This document shows positions 1 through 14,574 of a stretch of 64,000 nt of DNA, piece by piece. A model generated the notes under the pieces. It saw only the letters and a list, made by a program, of their open reading frames with translations. It did no database searches and had not been told where the DNA came from. The stretch comes from the human T2T-CHM13v2.0 reference genome, Homo sapiens. The position numbers and the translations under genes were made by a program. Each line of letters begins with the position of its first letter. Positions within the stretch are counted from its first letter, which is position 1. The stretch lies in the NCBI RefSeq assembly GCF_009914755.1, contig NC_060931.1. One strand, 5' to 3'.

Positions 1-2474
1 CAGAGCCCCACCTCTGGAGACCTTCCCCTCCTCTGCATTTCTACCTTGCCTGGGCTCACATGGCTGTTTGCATTTGTGAGTCTGAAGACTCTTCTTAGAA
101 GTTTTTTAAACACAGAAAGTCTTATGGATCCTTGCCATCTTCTTAATTTGTTTTAATTTTTTCCTCCTGGGTGAATTAAAGAATGTTCTACAGACATGAA
201 GTCTCACTACCCTCAGCTCATTCATAAGAGAGATGGAGGGAGGGTGCATACATTAATATGCTCATTACTCCAAAGGTGACATACGTGTGGATAAAGAATT
301 TGTCCCAAACCAGAAGTGCAGCCAGAAACAAAGTTAAGATTTCCTGGATGTCGGTTCCAAGATTTTAAGCCACACCCAGGCCTGGCTCTTAACAATTTAG
401 AGGGATGGCTGGCCCCAGACACAGACCAGGGCAGACACCTGGGCATGAAGATTGCAGGAGTCCTAGGAGCAGTAGTGGGAGGCAGCAGGGTGGCCCACAG
501 TAGCTCCCGTTGCCCCTCCCAGCCCTCCTTGGGATTGACAGAATGGTTGCCGTGACCAGCAGAGGAAGCACATTGATTTCCCATTTTCAAGCTGCCCCCC
601 AGCTCCAAGCATCTTAGAGCTCTTTATGTGCCCATACTCACATGTGTTCACAGTTTTAGTGGGAAATGAGGACAAAGAAACGGAACCCCCTCTAAGAGAG
701 AAAATGTTAGAGATAGAGATGAACTTCATTTCAGCTTCCTGCCCGGTATCTACCCTTGATGCCAGGAACCGCTCTGTCACTGCATCCCCCAATCCCACTG
801 CTTCCTTCTGCCCCTGCCCCCGCACAGAACAAGAATCCAGACAAAAGCACAGGTCAAGGGAGAAATAAAGGTCCCCCTTCCCCTGACCCAACTCCCTCAG
901 AAACAATCAGATTCAAGGCAGAGAGATTAAATTATCACTAAGCTAATTATGGGACTCACACTTAGGCTGGCTGCCGGGAAGCGAGGTCAGCAAGCAAGAG
1001 ACATTAACATGCAAATTGAAGGCAGATGCAAGGAGCACTTAAAAAAAAGCAACCGGGAGACTGATTCCCCTCACACCCAGAGGAGAAAGAAGCCACTCTG
1101 GTGGTTGAGGCACTGTCCATCTGGGCAATGGTCAGGGCATTTGACAGCTAAATAGCTCTACTCTGTCATCATCCTGAAGCCAAAGTGGGCGAGTCAGAGG
1201 TAAACTGATTAGGTGGTGTGCCGCTAATCTCCCAGAGAGAACATGAGGGAGGTGGATGCAAGGCAGAGCCCAGCGGGAGCAGCCCCAGGCTTGAGTGCAG
1301 AGAAGGCTCTGCCGGTTCCTATGCTTGCATGTGTGGGTGCCTCCCTGTGCGTGGGTGAACACAGGTGTGTGTGTCAGCTGGGTGTTTGTGCATGTTTATG
1401 ACTATGGATGTGTGTATGGAGAGGGGATACAGAATCAGGCATGTGTGAGTATATCTTATCCACCTGAAAATAGAAGGTGAAGAGCTTAGACAGAATCAAA
1501 GTGCCCCTCCTAGCATAATAGCCACCGGGCAACTCCTTAAGAGCTTTCTGAGATTGTTAAGGCCCCTGCAATTGCTGTCACCAGCTCAGCCATGAAAATA
1601 CATATTATGGTACCCAGTTATGGATGACTGATGCTTCCCCAGGCATCATCAATATGATGCGAGTTTAAGACATGTTGGCCAAAAACTTGGCAGTCTACAA
1701 AATGACTTTGAGAGATAAAAATCAATGTTTTTCAATGCAATCTGCAGGATAGCTTCCTCCACTCAGGATTCTGACTCTGCAAGTCTCTTGCCTTTTCCAG
1801 AGAGGAGCAGGTTGGCAGGGAACCCTGATACGGAGGCATGTGAGCTTGTTTTAAGTCAGTAGACAGCTTTGGGTTCCTTGTCCTGAGAAATGGAATTTAA
1901 TGGGCAATATCCTGCCTGTGTCCAGAGTGAATTTTTGGAACCCATGGTTGGCAAGGTGGGTTCAGAGGGGAAGTGGGGGAATCTCTGGAGCTTAAATTAC
2001 TTAGGGAAAATTAATTTGGAAACTTTATTTAATTATAGGTAAAAGAAATGCTTCCATAAATTTGGGTAATTTAATTATCCAAGAGACATCTGCTGAACAC
2101 AATCTAATCATTGTATTTAAGTAGAAAAGTGCCCTCACTCTTAACAAAACTAATTTTGGGGAGATACAAACATTCAGAGCCTGACTAATGAAAGAAAAGG
2201 AATAATTTCAGTTTCAGTTTTAGGAGGAAAAAAGTAAATCACAGGAAAATCATCTGAGAGAGGATTTAGTTTTTTAAAAATCTTCAACATTATATCTGGG
2301 GTTGATGATATAAAATCAGCCATATCCTATATTTTTTGCACATCTTCTCCAATACTAAGCAAAGAAGAGATCACAAGCTCTTTAAGTCAAGAAGTGCCTA
2401 GCGCATTTTAGATGACCAAGAAGATAGTTCTTGACTGAATGTTGATGTTCACAAAAATAAACCTTATGATAAAC

Positions 2475-2879
2475 TGTATGGACAGAATTATCCACAAAAT
2501 ATTCATTGCCCTTCTCTCCCACCTCCCTGCATACATACACACCAGCCCCCTCCCCAGGCTCCAGGCAGGGTTATATTTTCCACACCATTCACTTTGGCTG
2601 GGCCAAAAAAATGGGAGTGGGCCACCACCAAGCAGTAGCTTTAACAACCACGGCACGGTTCTGCCATCTCTCTTTTCCTTTGGCCATGAGATCAACATGT
2701 CCCAGACAGGGGCTGCCCTTCCAAGTCTCCCAGATAAATAACATGGAGCAGGGCTGCAGCCAGCCCAGGGTGCACATGAACGTGAGTTGAAAATAGCCTT
2801 CGTTATTGTTGTTGTAAGCCACCTAAACTTGGGGGTCATTTGTTACTGCAACATAATGTAGTCTAAGCTAGCTGATACA
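2475..2879 (+). mobile_element. MaLR solo LTR, MLT1-type (old)
   Basis: TG...CA ends. The 3' part 'tgttgtaagccac...gggggtcatttgttactgcaacataa...gctgataca' is typical of MLT1 LTRs. Confidence 0.65.
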
Positions 2880-4267
2880 CACACACATGCACACAGGCAC
2901 TAGAAGACCCTAAGCCCCAGTGGTCCATCTTCAAATACATTTTTTTATTCAGCATTTGTTACCTTCGGGCAGTACTGTGGGGGCACCTTCAGTTTAATTG
3001 GAAGAAGGTATAAACACACTGGGGAAATAGATCCAGCTATATTAATGAACTGTATTTTCTATGTGAAGAAAATGAACAAATTCCTTTCAGAAAAACATCT
3101 CAGCTACAATGTTGAAAGCTTCTATTGCCTATAATTTTGGGGTAATCAAAATGTGGCTAAATAAAAACCAAATTTATAAAATGGATACATTATGAGGCTA
3201 TTAATTTTAGAAAATAATTCTCCATTTTAGAAAGAGATTCATTAGTTTCCTACAATGAATCCACATTTCCTACCCAAAAAGAGATAAAGAAGCCCACAGC
3301 CTGGTTGAGGCAGGGAAGCCATCAGTACTATCAGCATCCCTCCAGCCATGGCCCTTCCTAGGTCACAGAGCCTCTAGGGTCCCCAGCTGCCACACTAGCT
3401 CTACTTAAGGTCAACATTGTACAAGTTCAGGCCCACCTAGGGCATAAGCCAACACTGCCTAACTAAACCTCCCTGGATCTAAGAAAGACTCATTCTCTAA
3501 GTGAGGTTTAAGATGTATCTTTCTCTCCCAAGTCTGGTGTGTCTGGGAAAAGACCCAGAACAACTTTGATCATAAAGATGAAATAAAATAAAATATTCCA
3601 GGTATGCTAACCTGATGCATTGAAAATATGGTTATAATTACATGCAACATTTAAAAAAATATGTTTACTCATCACAAGTGATACTTGTAGTAGAGGAATC
3701 CTGTCTGAGACAGAAAATCATGGATAAGTTTTATGCTCTGTGGGGGAAGGAAGAACAAAAGGGACAGAGCTGAATTATCACTGGAGGAAATGTTGGTCTG
3801 TTGCAGAAAGACCAATGTAAAGAATGTATTGACTTATAGATTTTTAAAGGTAGACTGAAGATATCTAATCATTTTCATTATTATAAAAAACCACGATGTA
3901 TATAAGGCACCCATATATGATCTTAGGTAGAATCCTGCCTAGAGGCCAAAATGGCAATTTGTATCTGAGACTCCCATGGGAATACCTGGAACACAGTAGG
4001 ATTTTGTTTAAGTTTTGGATGCAATGATGAGGGCAGGTCGTCAGGTGGCTTCAACATCATTCTGGCCTCTCAGGTCCAACAATACCTGGGAACACTCAGA
4101 TTTAGCCACCTCCAGCCCCAGAATACTCATATCTTGGTGGGGAGGTAAAAGTGGTTAAGCAGAAAGACAACCCATCTCTTTCCTTCCAACCTCCTTGCCA
4201 CCAAAGCCTCAGAAGCCTTCTCCAGCAGGGGAGAAACTTTTTGGAAGGCAGCTCAAAAAAGTCTCAT

Positions 4268-4571
4268 GGCCAGACATGGTAGCTCATACCTGTAATCTCA
4301 GAATTTTGGGAGGCCGAGGTGGGAGGATTGCTTGAGGTCAGGAGTTTAAGACCAGCCTGGACAACGTAGCAAGACCCCATCTCTATAAAAAATGTTAAAA
4401 ATTAGTGGAGCATGGTGACACATACCTGTAGTCCCAGGTACTTCGGCGACTGAGACAGGTGGATCGCTAGAACCCAGAAGTTTGAGGCTGTCATGAGTTA
4501 GGATAGCACCACTTCACTTTGGCCTGGGTGACAGAGCAAGACCCTATCTCTTTGGGAAAAAAAAAAAAAAA
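4268..4571 (+). mobile_element. Alu (old, AluJ-like)
   Basis: ggccagacatggtagctcatacctgtaatc... dimeric Alu with A-rich linker and poly(A) tail. It has the gggaggattgcttgag motif. Confidence 0.93.
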
Positions 4572-4844
4572 TTCCCAAAAGGAAAACTGGGACTAGGTGA
4601 GGCACTGGGAGTGTCAGAGGGCAGCCCCAAGGAAGGGAGAGCCTGTGAGGTGGGGTAAAACCCCAAACCAACACCCATTTCTCACAGATGCAACCCTTGG
4701 AGAGCCTTTCCTAAAAGGACTCAAAAGGGAAACCCAGGAAGCCAACAAAATAGAGCTGGGTCCCCATGCAGCTGTGCCATAACACAGGGCAAGGGGAATA
4801 CGGCCTTCCACCCGCACCTTAGTGAGCCCGGGACCCCACAATGA

Positions 4845-5273
<429 letters not shown>

Positions 5274-5759
5274 TAAAGAACTATGTACACTTCTGAAGTA
5301 GTCTCCCTAACCTCCCATTCAATCATACTATTCCCCCAAGTCCCCATATCTATAAAGAAATAGCAAAGCCAACACGGCCTCAGGCCTTCCTAACTCCACA
5401 TCATCCTGAGCAAATTAATTGGTCAAGATAACATTTGTGAGCACACCTTCACTAAGTTAAAAGTACAATACTACAGAGCGACAGGAAGGAAAAGGTAAGA
5501 ATGGAGGGGGTGAAAGTGAGGAAAGTAGGCAAAGGATTGTGAGAAGAGCCGAGAAGCTCAGGTTTGGGGGATAGACACTCAGAAGGAAAAAGAAGGTTGG
5601 ATGTGCTGGTGGTGACAAGTGCTCCAGGTGACTGGGAGTCACAAGGAGACTGGCTAATTAGGCCCTCCATTCCAGAGCACTTGCAAAGCAATAATGACCC
5701 GTGATTAGGAAGAAGCTGTCATCCTCCAAATGGGTCAAGACAGGGACCGTGGATAACCC

Positions 5760-5956
5760 GTCACAGGAAAAATCACCCAGAACCACAGCACACAGTCCCA
5801 CAGGCTCTAGGAGGGACAATTCCGGTGAGAAACCAAGACAAAGATGGGCCCAGTCTGTCACAGGAAAAATCACCCAGAACCACAGCACACAGTCCCACAG
5901 GCTCTAGGAGGGACAATTCCGGTGAGAAACCAAGACAAAGATGGGCCCAGTCTGTC
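5760..5956. repeat. Perfect tandem duplication, 2 x 97 bp
   Basis: The unit gtcacaggaaaaatcacccagaacc...gatgggcccagtct occurs at 5760-5856 and 5857-5953, with no mismatch seen. Confidence 0.95.
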
Positions 5957-7382
5957 CCAGGCAGCAGGCCAGGGGTAAGTGGAAAAGCACAGCTCGGCTG
6001 CCTCCTGGAAAACCTCCTCCCCTCCCTGTGGCCACCTCCCACTCGGCCACGGGATCCAAGCTCCAGCATAATTGCTCTCAGAAGGAAATTGCCCGTGGAG
6101 GCAGGTTGGTGATGTGAGAGCAGCCATGGAGGCAGGAGTCCCGTCGTTTCTAAGGTGGGAGCCTCTTCCTTGGTATTTAAATTTAGCCAGGGCCCTTGAG
6201 GACTCGAAATGTGAAGGCCGAGGCAGCCAGCTGAGGCTGAATGGCTGAGCCAGGGACCTGAGTCCTCAGCATGTCAGGTCCACTTCCATGCAAGCAAAGC
6301 TACAGGCAAGGGGCTGCAGAAGGGTGGATGAGACAAGTCCAGTTTTGTTTTTCTTGGTGACAAGGGTGAGAGGATTAGAACTGCTTTAGGAAGCTGAATC
6401 TGCCATCTAGGATCCATCCAAACTGATTTTCCTGTCCCTAAAGTGCTCCCCTCTTTAATCCATCCCAGGAAGATGGATTAAAGAGGGGAAAATCAGTTTC
6501 AACCGCCCTAGCATGGACATCAGGGCCTGAGACAGGGCAGAGACAGAACAGAGGGAATGAAAGGAGGGTTCTGAGCAACAGGCTCCAGGGTAGGTACCAG
6601 AGGTCCAGCCACCACCTCCTCCCTCCATCAGGGAGGTGACCTACCCTACAGCCCAGGAGCCAGGCCTTAGGTAGAGTCTGTGATATTACTCGATACGGGT
6701 CCCAGGACAACCTCGGATTAGACCGTGTGACCTCTGGGGAGTTACCCAACCCCTTTTCTCCTGGGTAAAATGGAAGGTGTAACATTTACCCCACCCCCAA
6801 AAAAAAACATTGAGGATTACATGTGACAATCAATGTAAGTAACATGTGAAAACATCTAGAACAATCCTGGTGCCTACACGGTGTTCAAAGCTCAGTAGTT
6901 CCCTCTGCACCACCTCTTTTCTGCCAGCCCCAAACACTAAGGAAACGACCCCTTCCTAAGATGCTGGGTGCCTCCCCACAGAGGCCAAAGGCAGAAGATA
7001 TGGATTCTCCATGGCCACACAGAGTTCTCGGCAGCTACTGATTCAAAATCTAAGCATCTCTTGTCCATCATCGAGCACTGCCCTCTCTCCAGATGAACGG
7101 AGCACCTGGGACTGCCTGCTGAGCCCCCAGGCCTCCTTGTTGAGGAAGTTTCCTCACCCCTGGTCCTGTGGGTGTGGCGACTGCTTCACAGCCTCCTGTT
7201 TATCCTCTGGATTCTCTACTGTGTTTGCACAATCAAAGCCACAAGCCAAAAGACAGGATTCAGTGCCTGGGCCACTGGTGTTCCTGAGGAAGGCCGTGTC
7301 CTTTTCCACACTACTAAAAATGAACTTGAAGTTTGAAAGTATGGGTTCAAGTCCCCTCAATGGCTGAGAAACAAAGCCCTCA

Positions 7383-8273
<891 letters not shown>

Positions 8274-10057
8274 GAGAGACCTCTTTTAAAAAGTCACCAT
8301 GGATGCTTCTATGAGAAGCCAGAACTGCTGCGAAAAGCAGCACCATGACATCATCAATAAGCAAGCCCAGTGGACACATTCCCAGGAAGTTCCCTAAGAA
8401 CAAGTATGGACTTTCAGCAGACCCCAAATCAGAACATCAACTCATGGGCTGTGAATTGGTCCAACTGCCACTGCCTTCCCCATCAGAGTGGCTGAGGAAA
8501 TCATAGCAATTGCCGGTAACAAAGACCTCCCCTGGCTCTACCCTCGCTAGGAGTCTTCACTGGTATTGACATCAAGATTCTATTCTCCTATCCAGAGTCT
8601 AGCAGGTGTGAGCCCAGCAGTAAAAGGACCACTTATGGTTGGGGGCTCATTCCCTCTTCTTGCCTCTGCCTCCTCCCTCTTCCTCTGTACATCATGTCTT
8701 TCATCCTTTCCCATCTTTGTTGTCTTGGTTACATGGCCAGACTCCTAATATGCTGCTAGTTTTCATTTTAATGATATGTTTTTGTAAAGCACAATATTTT
8801 ACTTCAATTGCATGTGTCACTGGATAAATTCCTCTAGTGCGTCTGACATTTGTGTATCAGCTGACTGAATGCGCTCTATGATTTGGGGTGTTTGTGCAGC
8901 ACTTTCTTCAATTTTAATGTGTTTGCATTTTAATTTATGATCAGGATCTTTCTATACCAATGTGTGTATATATACACACATATGATTCAAAAAAGTGGCA
9001 CACGTATCAATAAATCTTGAATTGGCAAAGCTCATTTAAGACTATCTCTTTAAATCATGTGCACTAGCAATGATCACTTGGAAAACAGAATGACAAGTGT
9101 TCCTGAGAAACTCTTTGCTGGGATTTCAATGTGTGTTTCAGGAGGAAGCCAGGAGGAGAATGCAACAATGCCTAGCTATTGGCTGCAGTAGAAATTTCAC
9201 GATGAGAACACCTCCCCGGGTTTATTCAGGTCAGCAAGGAGGGACCACTTGAGATCCCCCAGGGATGTGCAGGGAAGGTGGGTGGGCCCAAGGGCAGAAT
9301 AGTGAGAAATGGAAAAAGATAAGAAAAGAGGGCCAGTGTGGCCACACTTACATCAAAAGGGTGATTGAGTGAGGGCTTAATAGTGTTCAAGAATATAAAA
9401 TATGTCCAAGAGGATATCAACCAGCTTAGTTGCTCTTTTAGTCAACTGAGTAAAACTTGGGAAGAAAGCTTAAAACATAGCAGAAGAGATTGAAACAAGG
9501 TGGGAGGAAGGCCCATGAGAAGTGGATACATTGGTCTGAGGCAAGATCAGTCTGAAGGGCCAGTCTTAGAATTCCCAGGCTGGAAAGACTAACGACAGAA
9601 TGCCGTCTGTCTGTGGTTGAACGTGAAATCAGAGGAGGGAGGGTGGCACGCTGGCACACCTGTGGGATCTTCTGCCTGGAGCCCTTCAACCTCAGCCTCC
9701 CCTTCACACAACCCACAGGGTAAGGTCTATGCAGGTTTAATATTTGCAAAACCAGGGATGGAAAATGCAGACACAATATAGCAAATAGAGGGTCTTTTCC
9801 TGTCATGGAAATCGGTCAGCCCTGATGCTTCTGCATTTCTTTCCCTTTGTGCTTGTGATCAATCACACATGAACCCATGGCAGCTTGGGCTGGAGAAACA
9901 TATAGCACAACAGAACTACCTGACCGAACCCTGTATCAAATACATATGCCCTCTGCCCTAACCACATGTTCCTAGTCTATTTGGTGTTCCAACATTGTAT
10001 CTCCATTTGATTTCCTGACACTTCCATCCATCTGCAGGGCTTTCTGTGCTATGAATA

Positions 10058-10063
10058 TTTATT
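10058..10063 (-). terminator. Polyadenylation signal AATAAA of the short PLXNA4 isoform
   Basis: TTTATT on + at 10058-10063, 35 nt past the TAA stop. CA dinucleotides near 10045 are plausible cleavage sites. Confidence 0.8.
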
Positions 10064-10098
10064 TTTAGTTAAAGTGGATTCAAATTTCCAGAGTAATT

Positions 10099-10296
10099 TT
10101 AGGAAGAATTCCCAGGTACATTTAGGAAGCAACAAAGCAGAGGCTGGACTCTCTGATCTGATATTGCTTTGTGACTTGAGCACTGAAGATACACACACAG
10201 CATCTGTTCCTGAGAAGCAATGTTCGCCCCAGGTGGGTCTCCCTCCACTCCAATCCACTCCTGGGTGATTCCCCCTTGTGGACCTGTGCCGAAGGA
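10099..10296 (-). CDS. PLXNA4: Alternative terminal coding exon of PLXNA4 (65 aa + TAA), giving a 522-aa short isoform
   Basis: Acceptor ...aattaatttgcttttgttccCTAG|TCC at 10297/10296. The phase-0 frame is open for SFGTGPQGGITQEWIGVEGDPPGANIASQEQMLCVYLQCSSHKAISDQRVQPLLCCFLNVPGNSS*, followed by AATAAA. 457+65=522 aa, which matches my recollection of an annotated short PLXNA4 isoform. Confidence 0.88.
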   Translation of the reverse strand, partial: SFGTGPQGGITQEWIGVEGDPPGANIASQEQMLCVYLQCSSHKAISDQRVQPLLCCFLNVPGNSS

Positions 10297-13200
10297 CTAG
10301 GGAACAAAAGCAAATTAATTTTAAAACAGGCTTGAGAAAAAAAAATTAGGAAGATTAAATTAATCTACATGACAATTCCCAATAAGAATGGTTTTTGTAC
10401 TATATACTCCTATTGCCTCTTCATGGGAATGTGCACCCAGTACCTATTCAGAGAGGCTGGTATGGATTAGTCTGTGCACAGACACATGGATGCATGTCCC
10501 GCAACAGGCTAATAGCAGGGCCAGCCAGAGTTCCGCTTAACCAACATCCATACAGCGCTCCACCCCCTTAGGTGTGAACAGTTTAACCTAGCAAAAACAT
10601 CCAGGGAAGACGCAATCACCAGCGAGAGGAGCAATCACACCTCAAGTGGAAGTTTATGATGTTTTGGTTCACAATGAACATTAGTCTCTCCCACTAATGT
10701 CAGGCAGTAATTCACCACTGAACAGCAGCCATAAAAATGATCGCTTAGTGAAAGGAAAGCAAGAGGCAGAGAAAGCAAGAGAGGGAAAAGATTCCAGCAG
10801 AAATATTCAAGCAAAGAAATCTCGTGCTTCTGAGACAACACTGAGCTGATTGTCCCAACTCAAGCCAAAGATTTAGGTTTGCTTGGCCCTAAAGCCAGTC
10901 AAGATGGCATTTGCCTTATGATTTTTACCTATAGTGGAAATGTTAACAGTCTGTAGGTTATTGCTAAGTTCCTAGACACCTGCTTATGACTGTAGTATTT
11001 ATAGGTCATATTTCTTAACACACATACCCTTAAAGCTCACCACAGGAAGAGGCTGCCAATACCATCTGCAACACACACACATCAGAAAACATCAAAGACA
11101 TCTAAATTGGCACTTTCCTCACCTCCTTTCCCCCCGCTTCATGTGACGTGTGCACTAAAGGAGTGAAATTACGGTCGTCAAAGACAAGGTTGCAAATGAT
11201 TGGGACTCATGCCTTTCAAGCAAAATAAAAAGTAATTTTGAGAGCAGCCCACGGATAGCTCGGTCTAGCTCCTGGACCCCTGAAACCCACAGCAAACACC
11301 CTTACTCTTAGCATCCCCCCAAGCTCTCTCCTGCCCACCTACCCCCATTTCCAGTCTCTTGTCATACCGTAAAGAACTCTGAAAGGTCCTTGATACACAC
11401 AGGAGATTATTACAGGGCTCAGAGAAACCAACTCTGTAATTATGGCTACAGTATGATTTCCATTATTCTCACGCCCTGGCCTCAGTCACTTGCAAAACTT
11501 CCAGCAAAATCCTCCTGCAGCTCCACAACTTGTCACGGCTGGGCCTCTGCCCAAAAGGTGACTGTGGTCCTGATAACCTCTGGGAAAAGCAAGTCAGAAT
11601 TATTACAAGGAAAGGGGAGTGGTGCTTAGTGAGTGAGTGGGGGTGGGGAATTCTATTGTTCAAGAAAAAATAAATAAATGGGCCACTTTTGCTTTTTATT
11701 ATTTCAAACAACAGACTCGGCAGCCCAGCCTTCCTTTCCCAACTCAGACTGTTCCCCTGGGCCAGCTGTGCTGAGTCTGCAGGCACGGGAGCCGGGCTTG
11801 AGCAAAACCATTAAAAGGCTGCCACTCCAAGCCTGCAGAGCAGAAAGTTTGGCCGCCCCAGTGGCCTGGCTTTCCCCGGGAGGACCGAAGGCTCATTCCC
11901 CCCAACTGACCCTTGCGCTCTTACCTTTCAAATGTTTATGCCTCACCAGCCCCACCACTGCTCTGGAAATTAGATAGAATATCCCAGGTGGCTGAAACAG
12001 AACTGTTCTTATATCAACCTACCAAAGTAAAAGATGGGAATGCCGGCCGCGGTTTATGAAGCCCCAGCCTCTTGGTGGGGTATTGCCTGTGTCGCCTGTC
12101 ACTGCCTGCCTGACCGACTGCTGGACTCTGTCCTTACCTGCCTCAGGAGGGTTGTCTCTGAGCGCCTTGCTGGCCCAGGCTCCTGGGGGTGTCCTGATCC
12201 CAAACTCATGGTGCTGCACTTGACCTCCCTGTCGGGGAACAGATTTGGACAGGCTTCCACAGGCAAGAGAGTACCAGTCACCAAATGCCTCAACCCACCC
12301 TTGGACAAACAGCACAAAAATGCAAGTTGACTATCTTGGGTTTACAATGCAGCCATGGTCAGGAAACACCTTCCTTTTTCCAAGAGAAAATAACTGTTTT
12401 GTTATGTGCACTGAACTCTCAATGTTCATTTCATTGATAACATTCACGGCCCAACCAGCTCAGACAATCACACACACACACAAATCCTCATCCAGGGTCT
12501 ACTCCATCCTGCCAGCTAGTAAATGGTCCTCTGGCAGCTGGTAGGAAATTCAGCGGGTAAGACTCTTTTAGGGCAAGGCAGGAAGTTACTTCTACATTGC
12601 ACTGAGATTGAGCTCACCGGAGAAAAGAGTTAAAGCATCCCCCATACTGCTTGCTGACTTATTTACTCTTAATGGTGCTCATTCACCCATTGCAGCAGGT
12701 GAAGCAGGTCTCAGTGCATGAATTGTACACAGTAATGCCCCCGGTATTTAGAATTCACTTTTCCAGCAGACCAAATTTGCCAAATCCTACTGAAGAATCG
12801 AGCCATCTGATTCACCTGCCCAAAAGCTCATGTACTTCTCTCCTCAGTGTGGACTGACGCGTGTCAGACACAATTTCAGAGTCTGGCTATCTGGTTTCCT
12901 AGCCCACCAAAGCTGGAAGCTGCAGAATGAGGGAGGAGGAAAGGTGCTGAAGTCAACCAGGATTCCTGGCAGCAACTGGAAGTGATGAGTGGCCAAGTGC
13001 ATGAGAGGAAGACCCGGGAAGGCAGCAAAAATCAGACACAGGAGCTGTGTGGGGATAACATGCCCATGTCTCACAGCGTCTTCCCTGGGCATCCACAAAA
13101 CTCAGTTCAATATGTGAACAAAAATCACGAGGAGTCTGAGGCAGCAAGGAAAGATTCCATTGCGCTTACCATTTTCTTCACAGAACGGAGGTATGAAATA

Positions 13201-14574
13201 CAATTCTTTGCAGGGAATTATGAAATACAATTCTTAAAAATGTGTACACAATGATTTTGCTGTTTTTTAGTTGTGACACTGAAGGCGGTCCACTCAAATT
13301 AGGCGGTTACTTCCTCCTGGGCAGCACCTGCTGTGTGGTACATCATGGACACCATTCTTGCAGAGTACCATGGTGTTTCCCCAGTGCTCATTGTTTTCTT
13401 TCCCAGTCATTACCCATAGAATTACTCCACACACAAGTTCCCAAGTCACAAACACACTCTGGGGTGCCCGCCTCTTGTCCTCCACATGCTCCCATTCCAG
13501 ACACACCACCTGTCCGCAGAGATGCCAACAGAAATGATTGCTGGGCTGTTACATTGTTGGATGGTAAAATAGGCATAGTCCTCTAAATATGCCCAGAACA
13601 TTTCCTCTTGACCATCCAGAGCTAGCAGCCAGAAATACAGCAAAGGGAAATGGAGGGATTAAGGCTTAGTCTCAATCTTTACTCAATCTGAATCACACAA
13701 TGTCCAGAGAACCCCAAAAGAAGCCAAAATAAAGCAAGCAAGAGCTCCACATGGAATCATCAATATTTCCTGGGAAAGGACTAAAATGCAATTATTGGCC
13801 AACAGGAAACAGGACCTCCTGCCTACCACCTTAGAAGGACTTTTAACCCAATCAAGAAGGGCATGCACTATAGGGCCAGTTCCAACTCATGAGATGAGAA
13901 GCCTGAACACAAAACATCCCTGGGCGGATGACTGCTCCCAACACAGCTGATGAGCCAAGATCGCCCAGGACTCCAGAACCTGCCAGCTTCCGGAAGATGC
14001 AGGGGAAAGGTCAGGTCCCCAGATCATACCATCTGACCTCACCAGAGCAATTTTCATGTTCCCATTGCACCCGTGGTTTTCTCAGCCCACAACTTGGCTC
14101 TGGGCCCCATTTGCAACTTTAATAGGTCTGCACTTTCCTCCATCTGTTCCCTGAATGCATTCCAGATGATGCAGCAGCCAGAAGGGCTGGAGCAAGGGGA
14201 ACAGGCATGTCCCTTCCCCCTGCCCACCTTCCCCAATTGCTCAGACCTAATAAAGCCTTTGCCTTAAGGGCACAAGCCCAAATTGAACACAGCATACACC
14301 ATTTAGAACAACACTGCAAGGCTGGTCTGACACCTCTCATGTGCACACCAGCTCTAGGGAGGAGGTGAATCCACACACTCACCCCACAACCTCAGCACAG
14401 AGGCAGAGAAAGGACAAGATGATCATCATGACCTCAACAGCAGCGTATCTCCTTAGCTCAAATCTGTATCACCTGCCCACACGCCCAAGTTAGCAAAAAG
14501 ATGTAAGATAACATCCAGCCCAGGAGGGACAGACTGTCTTCACAGTAACCAAAAGTACTGCACCTCATTCCTAC

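Noticed and set aside
10049-10313. ORF-track entries over the alternative last exon (69, 64 and 63 aa)
   Set aside because: They are in the wrong frame or strand. The splice-compatible frame is 10296-10099.
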